From Methanosarcinales archaeon (GTDB lineage: Archaea; Halobacteriota; Methanosarcinia; Methanosarcinales; Methanocomedenaceae), in assembly GCA_030627385.1 (NCBI GenBank), contig DAOUSF010000004.1, positions 1 to 33,177 of the forward strand: DNA of 33,177 nt. The letters are read 5' to 3'. The position numbers were made by a program, and so were the translations under genes. The notes below the pieces were generated by a model, which made no database searches, was not told the DNA's origin, and saw only the letters and a list, made by a program, of their open reading frames with translations. Shown here one piece after another: positions 18,812-27,393 of this stretch; within the stretch, counting starts at the first letter, position 1; every line of letters begins with the position of its first letter.

Positions 18812-19519
18812 GTGATAATACCCGAACATGAACGATCCGCTGAACCCCTAATCGGTGAAAAAGTGATAAAACACCCTGATATGGTCAAGGCTGTTGAATG
18901 GGTTCTCACCGAATATGAACCCCCAAAGCGGGAGATATGTATTTTCGTTCCATGTTCAAAAGCAAAACCATATCATGAAAGTCCTTCCCACAAAATGTTT
19001 GACAGTATTATATTCAGGCATCTCACTCATGACCAGGTCCACGTAGTGGTATTTGGTACCTGCGGCGTAACGCCCAGGGAACTGGATACCGAATATCCGT
19101 TTATGGATTACCAGTTCATGCTGGGGCGTTGTGACATACCAAAGGTCAAACGGGAATTCCACAAGTTAGAGAGCCAGAGACTGGCACGTTATCTTGAGTT
19201 AACGAAGCAGCATTACAGACACAGGATTGCGTATTGTCTGGGAGATTTCAGGTTGGCCATGGAAAAAGCAGTGGAACTTAGCCAGGTCAAGGTGGACATT
19301 GTACCAAAACCCGGGACAATGGAAAAACTCCATAACCCTGACCTGAAATTCAGTTTCGGAAGTCTTTATCACCAGGAATACCAGAGTGATTTCGATGAAG
19401 CTATCTGCCGGGCGGTTGGCCTGGATACTTCAAATGATACGGTAACAGATATCCAGGCATCAAATGTTCAAACAACAAATGTTCAGGTAACGGATGATTC
19501 TGATTGGTATATTAAATGA
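18812..19519 (+). CDS. DUF5591 domain protein (stand-alone archaeosine synthase ArcS-like catalytic domain)
   Basis: FVPCSKAKPYHESPSH and GVTPRELDTEYPF resemble the ArcS middle domain; GTG start after GAGGTGA. Confidence 0.8.
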   Translation: MIIPEHERSAEPLIGEKVIKHPDMVKAVEWVLTEYEPPKREICIFVPCSKAKPYHESPSHKMFDSIIFRHLTHDQVHVVVFGTCGVTPRELDTEYPFMDYQFMLGRCDIPKVKREFHKLESQRLARYLELTKQHYRHRIAYCLGDFRLAMEKAVELSQVKVDIVPKPGTMEKLHNPDLKFSFGSLYHQEYQSDFDEAICRAVGLDTSNDTVTDIQASNVQTTNVQVTDDSDWYIK

Positions 19520-19527
19520 TAAATTAA

Positions 19528-19998
19528 ATGATAATGGAAAAATATGCAATGGATTGCTTTTTTGCTAAAAATGTGAAAAGGTGGGTGGCTGTAGAAGCAA
19601 ATAGTGTATCTATCAGGTCTGTGAAGTTATTTGAGCAATGTCCTGGTGATGAGAGAATGACCTTCCCGGTAACCCATGACCTGCAAAGATACTTCATGGG
19701 AGAAAAAGTAGATTTCTCATCATATGATGTGGACTTATCTGGTTTTACACCGTTCCGGCAGGAAGTGCTTACTGCCACCAGGTCCGTCCACCGGGGCACT
19801 TGTATTACCTATTCCCGGCTTGCCGGTATGGTCGGCAGGCCAAAAGCAGTAAGGGCAGTGGGAAACACCCTTGGGTTGAACAGGGTGCCTGTAATTATCC
19901 CATGTCATCGCATAGTCTCAAAACATGGGCCTGGCGGCTATTCCCTTGGAGTTGGACTTAAACTGGAACTGTTGAGGCTGGAATCTATCGAATTCTGA
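19528..19998 (+). CDS. ogt: Methylated-DNA-protein-cysteine methyltransferase
   Basis: TPFRQEV, TYSRLA, AVRAVG, active site IPCHRIV, LRLE. Confidence 0.93.
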   Translation: MIMEKYAMDCFFAKNVKRWVAVEANSVSIRSVKLFEQCPGDERMTFPVTHDLQRYFMGEKVDFSSYDVDLSGFTPFRQEVLTATRSVHRGTCITYSRLAGMVGRPKAVRAVGNTLGLNRVPVIIPCHRIVSKHGPGGYSLGVGLKLELLRLESIEF

Positions 19999-20310
19999 GT
20001 GTTTGCCCTGGGTGTTCCACCTCAGGCGGCATAACATTGAACCAGTCCATGTAGGTCTTATGCTGTACAATCAATTCCTGGAATAACCTGACATTAACAA
20101 TCATGTGCCGGCATCATACCTGACTGAAGTAATTAGTACACAACTTTACAGGGCTGACAATATAATTTTGGATATGTGAAGTGTGAATTTGACTGATTGG
20201 AGTTACTAAAAAGGTTAAGGAAATTATTTTCATTCGGAACTACAATCGAAAGTACTGATATTTTCGGAGCATTTAAATATATTATATCATATTGCTCATC
20301 TGGTGTAATA

Positions 20311-20646
20311 ATGGAAGGAATTGCCATAACAAAAGATTCAACATCTGAAGATTTAGAACCAATAGCAATGGCCATCTATTCAGCAGTTGGTCTCCCGGTA
20401 ACAATAAAAAGTAAGAATAATAATGGGATAAGGATTGAGAACAATCAGGTCATAGATTACAATTACACTGGCAAGTATCTGGAAATGGCAATAGAACAAA
20501 AAAAGACCATCCATGGCTTTGCCGAACAGGGGCCATATAAGGATGTTCCTGTAGTTGTTTCACCGATCAAGGATAAAGAAGGTGAGGTTGTAGGTGCCAT
20601 CGGAATAGTCAACCTTGCGGGTTTTATCGATCTTACAAGACTTTAA
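20311..20646 (+). CDS. DUF2111 family protein (methanogen-associated small sensor-like domain)
   Basis: DLEPIAMAI..GLPVT..G.R.E..V.DYNYTG..LE..GPYK.VPV.V.PI..GAIGIV; ATG 20311 after GGTG preferred over 20197. Confidence 0.75.
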   Translation: MEGIAITKDSTSEDLEPIAMAIYSAVGLPVTIKSKNNNGIRIENNQVIDYNYTGKYLEMAIEQKKTIHGFAEQGPYKDVPVVVSPIKDKEGEVVGAIGIVNLAGFIDLTRL

Positions 20647-20689
20647 TTCCAAAAATCTTATATTCTAACCTGTGCTTTTTATTTTTATT

Positions 20690-21703
20690 ATGCAGACAGG
20701 CTATGTATATCACGATGACTACTTGAAGCATGACACTGGCCTCCATCCTGAAAGTGGTGGTCGGTTAAATGCTATAATGGACGGTTTGAAGAAAAGTCCT
20801 TATTTTAGCAGGTTAATCCTGATCGAACCCGTACCTGCCAAAACAGACCAGATCAATTATATCCATACCTATGATCTTATCCAAACAGTCAGGGATTTTT
20901 CATCCCGTGAGATGCACCTCGACCCGGATACTCCTACTTGCAGCCGCTCGTATGAAATAGCCTTGCTGGCTGCCGGTGGAGTTATTTCGGCAGTTGATGC
21001 GGTGATGGACGGGATGGACAGTGTATTCGCACTGGTCCGCCCGCCCGGACACCATGCAGAGCCGGACAGGAGTATGGGTTTTTGCCTGTTCAACAATATA
21101 GCCATTGCTGCCCGGCATGCACAGAAGAAGGGATTGGAAAAAGTGCTTATCGTTGACTGGGATGTCCACCACGGCAACGGTACACAGGAAGCTTTCTATA
21201 AGGACAGTTCTGTGCTGTATTTTTCCATCCATCAATTCCCTCATTATCCAGGCACGGGCAGTGTGGACGAAACTGGTGCGGGAGATGGTAGTGGATATAA
21301 TATTAACGTGCCGCTACAATCAGGTGCAGGAGATCCGGATTACCTGTATATATTCAACGAGATACTGGAACCGGCAGCCCGTAAATTCAAACCTGATATC
21401 ATTTTTGTCAGTGCAGGACTAGACGGGCACAATGACGACCCGCTGGCAGGTATGAACCTGACATCAGAAGGATTTGGACAGATGACGGGGGTGGTGCGCT
21501 TGCTGGCAGATGAACTATGTGGTGGGAGGCTGGTACTGGCGCTGGAGGGAGGATATGATCACCGGGCACTGAGCAGTTCAGTAAATTCAATATTCGAGAC
21601 ACTGATCAATGGGGTGGATCTGAAATCAGGCATACCATCTAACACTACGATTGAAGTGGTCCGGCAAATAAAGGAACTGCACCGATCGTACAGGGTTTTT
21701 TAA
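20690..21703 (+). CDS. Histone deacetylase / acetylpolyamine amidohydrolase family Zn hydrolase
   Basis: HPE, RPPGHHA, GFCLFNN, DWDVHHGNGTQ, DGHNDDPL and LEGGY all intact. Confidence 0.95.
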   Translation: MQTGYVYHDDYLKHDTGLHPESGGRLNAIMDGLKKSPYFSRLILIEPVPAKTDQINYIHTYDLIQTVRDFSSREMHLDPDTPTCSRSYEIALLAAGGVISAVDAVMDGMDSVFALVRPPGHHAEPDRSMGFCLFNNIAIAARHAQKKGLEKVLIVDWDVHHGNGTQEAFYKDSSVLYFSIHQFPHYPGTGSVDETGAGDGSGYNINVPLQSGAGDPDYLYIFNEILEPAARKFKPDIIFVSAGLDGHNDDPLAGMNLTSEGFGQMTGVVRLLADELCGGRLVLALEGGYDHRALSSSVNSIFETLINGVDLKSGIPSNTTIEVVRQIKELHRSYRVF

Positions 21704-21936
21704 TAGTATATGGAGTTATACTCTATATGCTGACTTAAGTTTGTAATCAATCATTTATTACTACCCTGGTCACAATCCTGTTCTTCACCACACTAAACTT
21801 TAAGAAATCCCCTATACCTTTAATCATCCGGGTAAAAATCTTGCGAAGATGGGTAATCGCTGCAACTTGAAAAACTCTATATATCACTAATTACAAGTTA
21901 AGCCTAAAAACGGCAACAATTTGCACAATACAAACA

Positions 21937-22010
21937 GGGCCTGTGGTCTAGTCGGTTATGACATCGCCTTTACACGGCGGGGATCCGGAGTTCGAATCTC
22001 CGCGGGCCCA
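21937..22010 (+). tRNA. tRNA-Val(TAC), intronless, CCA not encoded
   Basis: Acceptor GGGCCTG/CGGGCCC plus A, anticodon arm TCGCC-TTTACAC-GGCGG, T arm CGGAG-TTCGAAT-CTCCG. Confidence 0.96.
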
Positions 22011-22190
22011 CTTCTATTCCTAATCTACTCTGGTCAGTAGCAGAATTTCATGATAATCTGTATCGAATCACTGAAAATTTTAAGTACAATCAGTTAATAA
22101 AATGATAGTTAATTAAGTGGTTTATAATGATCTGGCGGGTTCCGGATATCCTGGGCCGGTCCGGTTATTTTCAAAATATGAGGAAATAAT

Positions 22191-22766
22191 ATGTCTGGTA
22201 ATTTCTCACACCAAAAATACCTGGTACGCAGGAAGATACTGAAATTGTTCGGGGCTGTCTTCCATATTTATGACCCTGACGGTAATGTTGCCTTTTATTC
22301 CAAAATGAAGGCATTCAAACTGAAAGAAGATATACGCCTGTATACAGGCGAGGACATGCAGGAAGAGGTACTGACCATCAAGGCCAGGAAAATACTGGAC
22401 TTCTCTTCCGCCTATGATGTGGTGGACCCAACCACCAATGAGAACGTGGGTGCCCTGAAGCGAAAAGGTTTCAAGTCCATTTTGAAAGATGAATGGATAT
22501 TCATGGACGCAGGCGACAGGGAAATCGGACTTATCAAGGAGGATAGCATGTTTTTGGCCCTGTTCAGGCGTTTTTTAACCAGCCTGGTTCCCCAGACCTA
22601 TAACGGGTTCATAGGGGACACACAAGTGTGCACGTTCAAGCAGAACTTCAACCCTTTTGTCATCAAAGTAACACTTGATTTTTCCCTGGATACACAGGAC
22701 CTGCTTGACAGGCGCCTGGGAATTGCGGCAGCAGTACTGCTGTGTGCAGTTGAAGGAAAACAGTGA
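22191..22766 (+). CDS. LURP-one/scramblase-like (Tubby C-like) protein
   Basis: F.IYD.DG..AF..K.KAFKLKEDI..Y, ARKILDFSSAYDV, LDRRLGIAAAVLL; GAGG SD. Family call is by recognition. Confidence 0.7.
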   Translation: MSGNFSHQKYLVRRKILKLFGAVFHIYDPDGNVAFYSKMKAFKLKEDIRLYTGEDMQEEVLTIKARKILDFSSAYDVVDPTTNENVGALKRKGFKSILKDEWIFMDAGDREIGLIKEDSMFLALFRRFLTSLVPQTYNGFIGDTQVCTFKQNFNPFVIKVTLDFSLDTQDLLDRRLGIAAAVLLCAVEGKQ

Positions 22767-23033
22767 TAATATCCGGGAAATTGTACTTTACAAGTGGCCA
22801 TGGGACAAGATTTACTAATGATCCGATCAAGGCAAATGGGTTTTAGTTTCTTTTGTAATCCTGAGATGCCCAAATTTTCAAATAACATGCGCAACCAGTT
22901 TAATCCGTGTTTCAGTTTACCTTGTATCGAGCCTTTTACATTGAGGAACACTACCCCCTCCTCTGAAATATATGGATAAATGAAAATGATAAAAAAGATT
23001 CCAGGGTCGCATAAGATTATACAGGCAGTAAAA

Positions 23034-23099
23034 GCAGGAGCCAGAAGAACCGGAGGAACAGAAGGAACAAGAAGAACTGAAGGAATTGGAAGAACTGGA
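23034..23099 (+). repeat. Degenerate purine-rich 9-bp tandem repeat, about 7 units, directly before the map core start
   Basis: gcaggagcc agaagaacc ggaggaaca gaaggaaca agaagaact gaaggaatt ggaagaact gga. Confidence 0.75.
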
Positions 23100-23954
23100 A
23101 TGGATCCTGAAATCCTGGAATACTACCTTGAAGCAGGCAGGATTGCCTCAAGCGTCAGGGAACAGACAATGAACGCAGTGGAAGAAGGGGGGCGGTTACT
23201 GGATACAGCCGAATATGCCGAGGAACTTACCAGGCAGATGGGAGGTGAGGCGGCATTTCCATGCAACATCTCCATCAATGATATCGCATCCCATTATACA
23301 CCATTGAAAGGAGATAGTAAATTTGCATCCGGAGACTTAGTAAAGATCGACATTGGTGTACATATTAACGGTTATATCGCTGATACGGCTAACACCATTG
23401 AGGTAGATACCAACAACAACACGATACTTGTTAAAGCTGCACGGGAAGCCTTGAATGCGGCCATCAATGAGATACAGGACGGTGTCAATACCAAATACCT
23501 TGGCAAGGTTATAGAAAATGTTATCAAATCCTGTAACTGTATTCCAATGACTGATTTAACAGGTCATAGTATGGGAAGGTACATGATTCACAGCGGTGTC
23601 AATATCCCGAATTATGGCAGCGCAAGTTTCGGGAATATACTTCATGCAGGGGATGTGGTGGCTGTGGAGCCTTTCACAACACTGGGACATGGCAGGACCA
23701 GGCGGGGAGAGGTAAGGATATACAGCCTGGTGGGCAGTAAGGGTTCAAAAAATCTGTTACGCCAAAAACTGTTGTCACAGTTCAATACTCTCCCCTTTAC
23801 TACACGATGGATGGACGAGCCCGACGAGCTTGATAAAATGATGACAAATTTGCATAAGTATCCTGTCCTGATAGAGTCAGACGGATGTCCGGTGGCACAG
23901 GCTGAACATACTGTTATCGTTGAAGATAAGGGTTGCAGGGTAATAACCGGATAA
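23100..23954 (+). CDS. map: Type II methionine aminopeptidase
   Basis: AFPCNISIN, SHYTP, KIDIGVHINGYIADTA, LTGH, AVEPF, LPF, AQAEHT; conserved core starts at ATG 23100, alternative start 22980. Confidence 0.95.
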   Translation: MDPEILEYYLEAGRIASSVREQTMNAVEEGGRLLDTAEYAEELTRQMGGEAAFPCNISINDIASHYTPLKGDSKFASGDLVKIDIGVHINGYIADTANTIEVDTNNNTILVKAAREALNAAINEIQDGVNTKYLGKVIENVIKSCNCIPMTDLTGHSMGRYMIHSGVNIPNYGSASFGNILHAGDVVAVEPFTTLGHGRTRRGEVRIYSLVGSKGSKNLLRQKLLSQFNTLPFTTRWMDEPDELDKMMTNLHKYPVLIESDGCPVAQAEHTVIVEDKGCRVITG

Positions 23955-24125
23955 CATCTAATATTTTTTAAGATATACTGACAGATAACTGATGGCAGTA
24001 AACAATATTAGTGGCTGGTAGTGTACTACTTAATGTTTTTACAATTCCCACAATAAAAAAACATATCTACAATAGACAATCACAACATAAGCCATTAATA
24101 ACCGAAAAACAATGAGTGTACAAGA

Positions 24126-24719
24126 ATGTCGGATGACACTATCGCAAAAACATGGCCTCCGGTACGGGGTGACTACACAGTGGTCGACCCACACTCGCGA
24201 ATTTGTGTAGCCACCCTTGCCAGTGACATGGAAGCATTCCCCGGTGCATGTATGGTCGGTAGCTGCAAGACAGAGAACCTGGGTATTGAGAAGATCATCA
24301 TAAATACAATTTCAAATTCCAATATCAGGTTCATCTTAGTATGCGGCACCGAGTCAAAGGGACACCTTTCAGGTAACACACTTCTTGCAATACACAAAAA
24401 CGGTATAGATGAGCAGGGCAGGATAATCGGATCAGATGGTGCAATTCCCTTTATAGAGAATATACCAGCTAAGGCCATTGAACGATTCAGGCAGCAGGTG
24501 GAACTAATTGACAGGCGGGGCCTTATTGAGACCAATGAGATCCTGGAATTGATCAATGAATATCGGTCAAAGGGTAATCCCTTCCCTGAACCGCCGATGG
24601 TCCTTGAAACCAGGAAGAAGAAACAAAAGATCGAACGCAATATCACAGGCAGGGACATGATGATAGCTCCCGGAATCCTGATGGATTCAACATCAGGGGT
24701 CATTTTTGCCGAGACCTGA
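24126..24719 (+). CDS. mtxA: Soluble MtrA paralog (corrinoid protein MtxA)
   Basis: WPPVRGDY, CKTENLGIEK, NSNIRF, ESKGHLSG (His corrinoid ligand), GAIPFIEN; no C-terminal membrane anchor and no mtrEDCB/FG nearby. Confidence 0.85.
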   Translation: MSDDTIAKTWPPVRGDYTVVDPHSRICVATLASDMEAFPGACMVGSCKTENLGIEKIIINTISNSNIRFILVCGTESKGHLSGNTLLAIHKNGIDEQGRIIGSDGAIPFIENIPAKAIERFRQQVELIDRRGLIETNEILELINEYRSKGNPFPEPPMVLETRKKKQKIERNITGRDMMIAPGILMDSTSGVIFAET

Positions 24720-24760
24720 AACAAAAAACAGGACTGATAAACATATTCACATTCCAGAAA

Positions 24761-25675
24761 GTGCAGGAGATTGTCAATATCGCCAATATCAAGATTGGCG
24801 GCCAGCCCGGCGAGTACCCGAGCGTACTGGCAGGTACTATCTTCTACAACAAACACAGCATAGTCTCTGACCCGGATAAAGGTATCTTTGATAAGCCTGC
24901 TGCTGAAAAACTGATCAACAGGCAGCAGGAACTCTCTGATGAGACCGGCAATCCATGCATGGTACATATCTATGCAGAGAGTGGTGATGCGGCAATGCGC
25001 TACCTGGACTTTGTGAGCAATGCAACCGATGCACCCCTTTTGATTGATTCTACACAAAGCTGTGTACGAATGGCTGCAGCCAGTTATGTCAGTGAGATCG
25101 GCCTGGCCGATAAGACTATTTACAACAGCCTGAATATGGCAGTGACCGAAGAAGAGATCGAGGCACTGACTTTATCTGATGTGGATTCTGCCATCATCCT
25201 GGGCTTCAATGCGATGGATTCAAGCCTGGACGGGCGTATGAAACTGTTGGAGGACGGTGGAAAGGTACTGCCTCATGGTCTGCTTGAGACAGCAGATGAA
25301 TGTGGCATTAAAAAGAAGCTCATCGACCCCAGCATTACCCCCATGGGAAACGGTGCCGGAGTAGCGCTTCGGATGACCATTGCTGCCAAGGCAAAATGGG
25401 GCCACCCTGTGGGTTCAGGTATCCATAATGCCCCGTCTGCATGGAACTGGCTTCGAAATATTGGGAAAGAGGATAAACTCATTTACAGGATATGTGATAT
25501 CGCATCCACTGGTATCCAGCTAATGGCAGCCGGCGACTTCATACTGTATGGTCCTATCGAAAATGCTAAATATACATTCCCACTGTCAGCCATGACTGAC
25601 ATCATGATATCAGAAAGCGTGGCAGACATGGGGATAGAACCTGTGGAAGGTCATCCGATATGGAAATTGGTTTGA
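24761..25675 (+). CDS. mtxH: MtrH paralog (pterin-binding methyltransferase MtxH)
   Basis: IGGQPGEYP, GTIFY, LLIDST, IYNS, GSGIHNAPSAW, LYGPIENA, HP; GTG start. Confidence 0.87.
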   Translation: MQEIVNIANIKIGGQPGEYPSVLAGTIFYNKHSIVSDPDKGIFDKPAAEKLINRQQELSDETGNPCMVHIYAESGDAAMRYLDFVSNATDAPLLIDSTQSCVRMAAASYVSEIGLADKTIYNSLNMAVTEEEIEALTLSDVDSAIILGFNAMDSSLDGRMKLLEDGGKVLPHGLLETADECGIKKKLIDPSITPMGNGAGVALRMTIAAKAKWGHPVGSGIHNAPSAWNWLRNIGKEDKLIYRICDIASTGIQLMAAGDFILYGPIENAKYTFPLSAMTDIMISESVADMGIEPVEGHPIWKLV

Positions 25676-25746
25676 ATGGATCGATAGTGGGGCATGTGAA
25701 TATACAGATGCACATAAATTTTTATAGCATACTATGATATTGGTAT

Positions 25747-25800
25747 AACTTTATTAGTAGAACTTTGTTAATAATAGAACTTCATTAATAGAATAGAAGT
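25747..25800. repeat. Degenerate 14-17 bp tandem repeat, 3 units plus partials
   Basis: aactttattagtag / aactttgttaataatag / aacttcattaatag / aatag. Confidence 0.6.
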
Positions 25801-25825
25801 CTGGTTTTATTGGACGTGACATGTT

Positions 25826-26878
25826 GTGAAAAAGCTGGGATTTTTTAAACGCAGGAAACTTAAGTCCGTATTGAAAAGATCACAAAACGGACTGACAATA
25901 CTTATCAGGAAAAACCCTACTGTAGATTCTCTTGCAAGTGCCTATGCCCTTACAAGGATTGCTAAACATTTCCATACAAATTCCAAATGCTATTATTCCG
26001 GCACCATACAGCATAAGGGCCTGCTTAATATCATGGGTTATGATATAGAACCTTTGCCTGATGTGATCACAGATGAACTTTCAGGCACTCTTGCTTTGGT
26101 GGATGTGGTTCCAAGTGAACTGCCTGAAGATATCAGTGCTTTAATTGGCATACCTGCGATAATCATTTCACATTCCAAGATGGCGACTAAGGATATAGAA
26201 TGCCATTATAAGGATATAAAGGCAAATGTTGAAACAACTTCAACCATCATGGTCCAGTATTTCAGAAGCCTGAAGGTACCAATAGACAGTACCATAGCAA
26301 CCATTTTCCTGTTCGCAATCAGGGACCGAACCAGGACTTTTTTAACCAACATGAATAAACACGGACTTGAGGCGTACCTCTTTGTACTTGAACAAATAGA
26401 CCATGACCTGCTCCTGAAATTAGAGAAACCTGCTGTAAAATCAGAGACATTTAATGATCTTGCAAAAGCACTGAATAACAGGGAGATAAAAAATACATAC
26501 CTTTTGACTAATACCGGTTATATCAAAGACCCTGGTACTCTGCCAAAGGTATGCAAATATATGCTTGACCTGGAAGGGATATCTACGGCCCTTGTCTATG
26601 CAGTGGACACTTCCAATATATACGTATATGCAGTATCCAATAATATCGAGATTAACCTGACACAGATATTTAAAAAAGCATTCGGACACTGTGGTAATAT
26701 AATCGGCAATTCGTCTTATGCATCAATTACCATTCCACTGGGGCTGTTTAGCGTAATTACCAAAAATAGCAATAATATCAAAAGTAAAGAGTTAATGTTA
26801 GGTACCATTAAAAATTCAATCTCATCAAGGTTTTCCATGACCATTAAGGAAGGAGAAGGAAAACTGGAAAACAAATAA
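25826..26878 (+). CDS. DHH/DHHA1 phosphoesterase-fold protein with degenerate catalytic motifs
   Basis: Layout matches archaeal NrnA-like DHH proteins (NP..D..ASA.AL, LALVD, TSTI...Y, LEGIST..VY), but motif residues are substituted. Confidence 0.78.
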   Translation: MKKLGFFKRRKLKSVLKRSQNGLTILIRKNPTVDSLASAYALTRIAKHFHTNSKCYYSGTIQHKGLLNIMGYDIEPLPDVITDELSGTLALVDVVPSELPEDISALIGIPAIIISHSKMATKDIECHYKDIKANVETTSTIMVQYFRSLKVPIDSTIATIFLFAIRDRTRTFLTNMNKHGLEAYLFVLEQIDHDLLLKLEKPAVKSETFNDLAKALNNREIKNTYLLTNTGYIKDPGTLPKVCKYMLDLEGISTALVYAVDTSNIYVYAVSNNIEINLTQIFKKAFGHCGNIIGNSSYASITIPLGLFSVITKNSNNIKSKELMLGTIKNSISSRFSMTIKEGEGKLENK

Positions 26879-26907
26879 CCTGCTTATTCGATAGAAAGGT
26901 AACATCA

Positions 26908-27075
26908 TCAACTAAATACGGTATCGACAGAACCCAGCCCAGGTCCACCTTTGCACTGGACACAGACTCCCCTTGTAGTATCAAAGCAATTGCTGCATAC
27001 GAGACGGCCACATAACTGGCATGTATACATTGTAGCCGAATGGTGACATATACTGCAGATTCCTTTTAATTCCAA
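26908..27075 (-). CDS. Small Cys-rich zinc-finger protein (55 aa), not in the ORF track
   Basis: TTG start; MELKGICSICHHSATMYTCQLCGRLVCSNCFDTTRGVCVQCKGGPGLGSVDTVFS contains four CxxC pairs. Confidence 0.82.
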   Translation of the reverse strand: MELKGICSICHHSATMYTCQLCGRLVCSNCFDTTRGVCVQCKGGPGLGSVDTVFS

Positions 27076-27139
27076 GACATATCGCCATCATTTGTGGTTA
27101 ATTGATATAATGTCAAATAATTGAATCCTGAAATATACT

Positions 27140-27286
27140 TCAGGATGCCTGGTATGGGGAGTAGAACTCTTCGATTATCCATTGGCTCAATTCATCTTCC
27201 CAGCTTTTGTCAATGTTTTTCTTGTCGACCAAGAGGGAAGATTTGTGTTCATCACGTCTTTCGATTTTGCATTTCATGATATTCAT
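27140..27286 (-). CDS. Hypothetical small protein (48 aa), not in the ORF track
   Basis: MNIMKCKIERRDEHKSSLLVDKKNIDKSWEDELSQWIIEEFYSPYQAS; fills the gap co-directionally between pdxS and the zinc-finger ORF. Confidence 0.5.
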   Translation of the reverse strand: MNIMKCKIERRDEHKSSLLVDKKNIDKSWEDELSQWIIEEFYSPYQAS

Positions 27287-27393
27287 ACCATTATTTTATA
27301 CATCGTCCTCTGAAAAGCCAACATGTATTATGCCTTAAATAGTTGTCGATTTTTTCTACAGTCATCGTATGAAATAATCAAAGTGGGTGGTAA

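Noticed and set aside
21937-22980. Integrated element at tRNA-Val
   Set aside because: No integrase, and I found no duplicated tRNA 3' end (att site) downstream in the window.
24173-25057. 294-aa minus-strand ORF across mtxA/mtxH
   Set aside because: Antisense shadow with no recognisable motifs.
24126-25675. Canonical energy-conserving Mtr operon
   Set aside because: No membrane subunits are present and the A subunit lacks its anchor.
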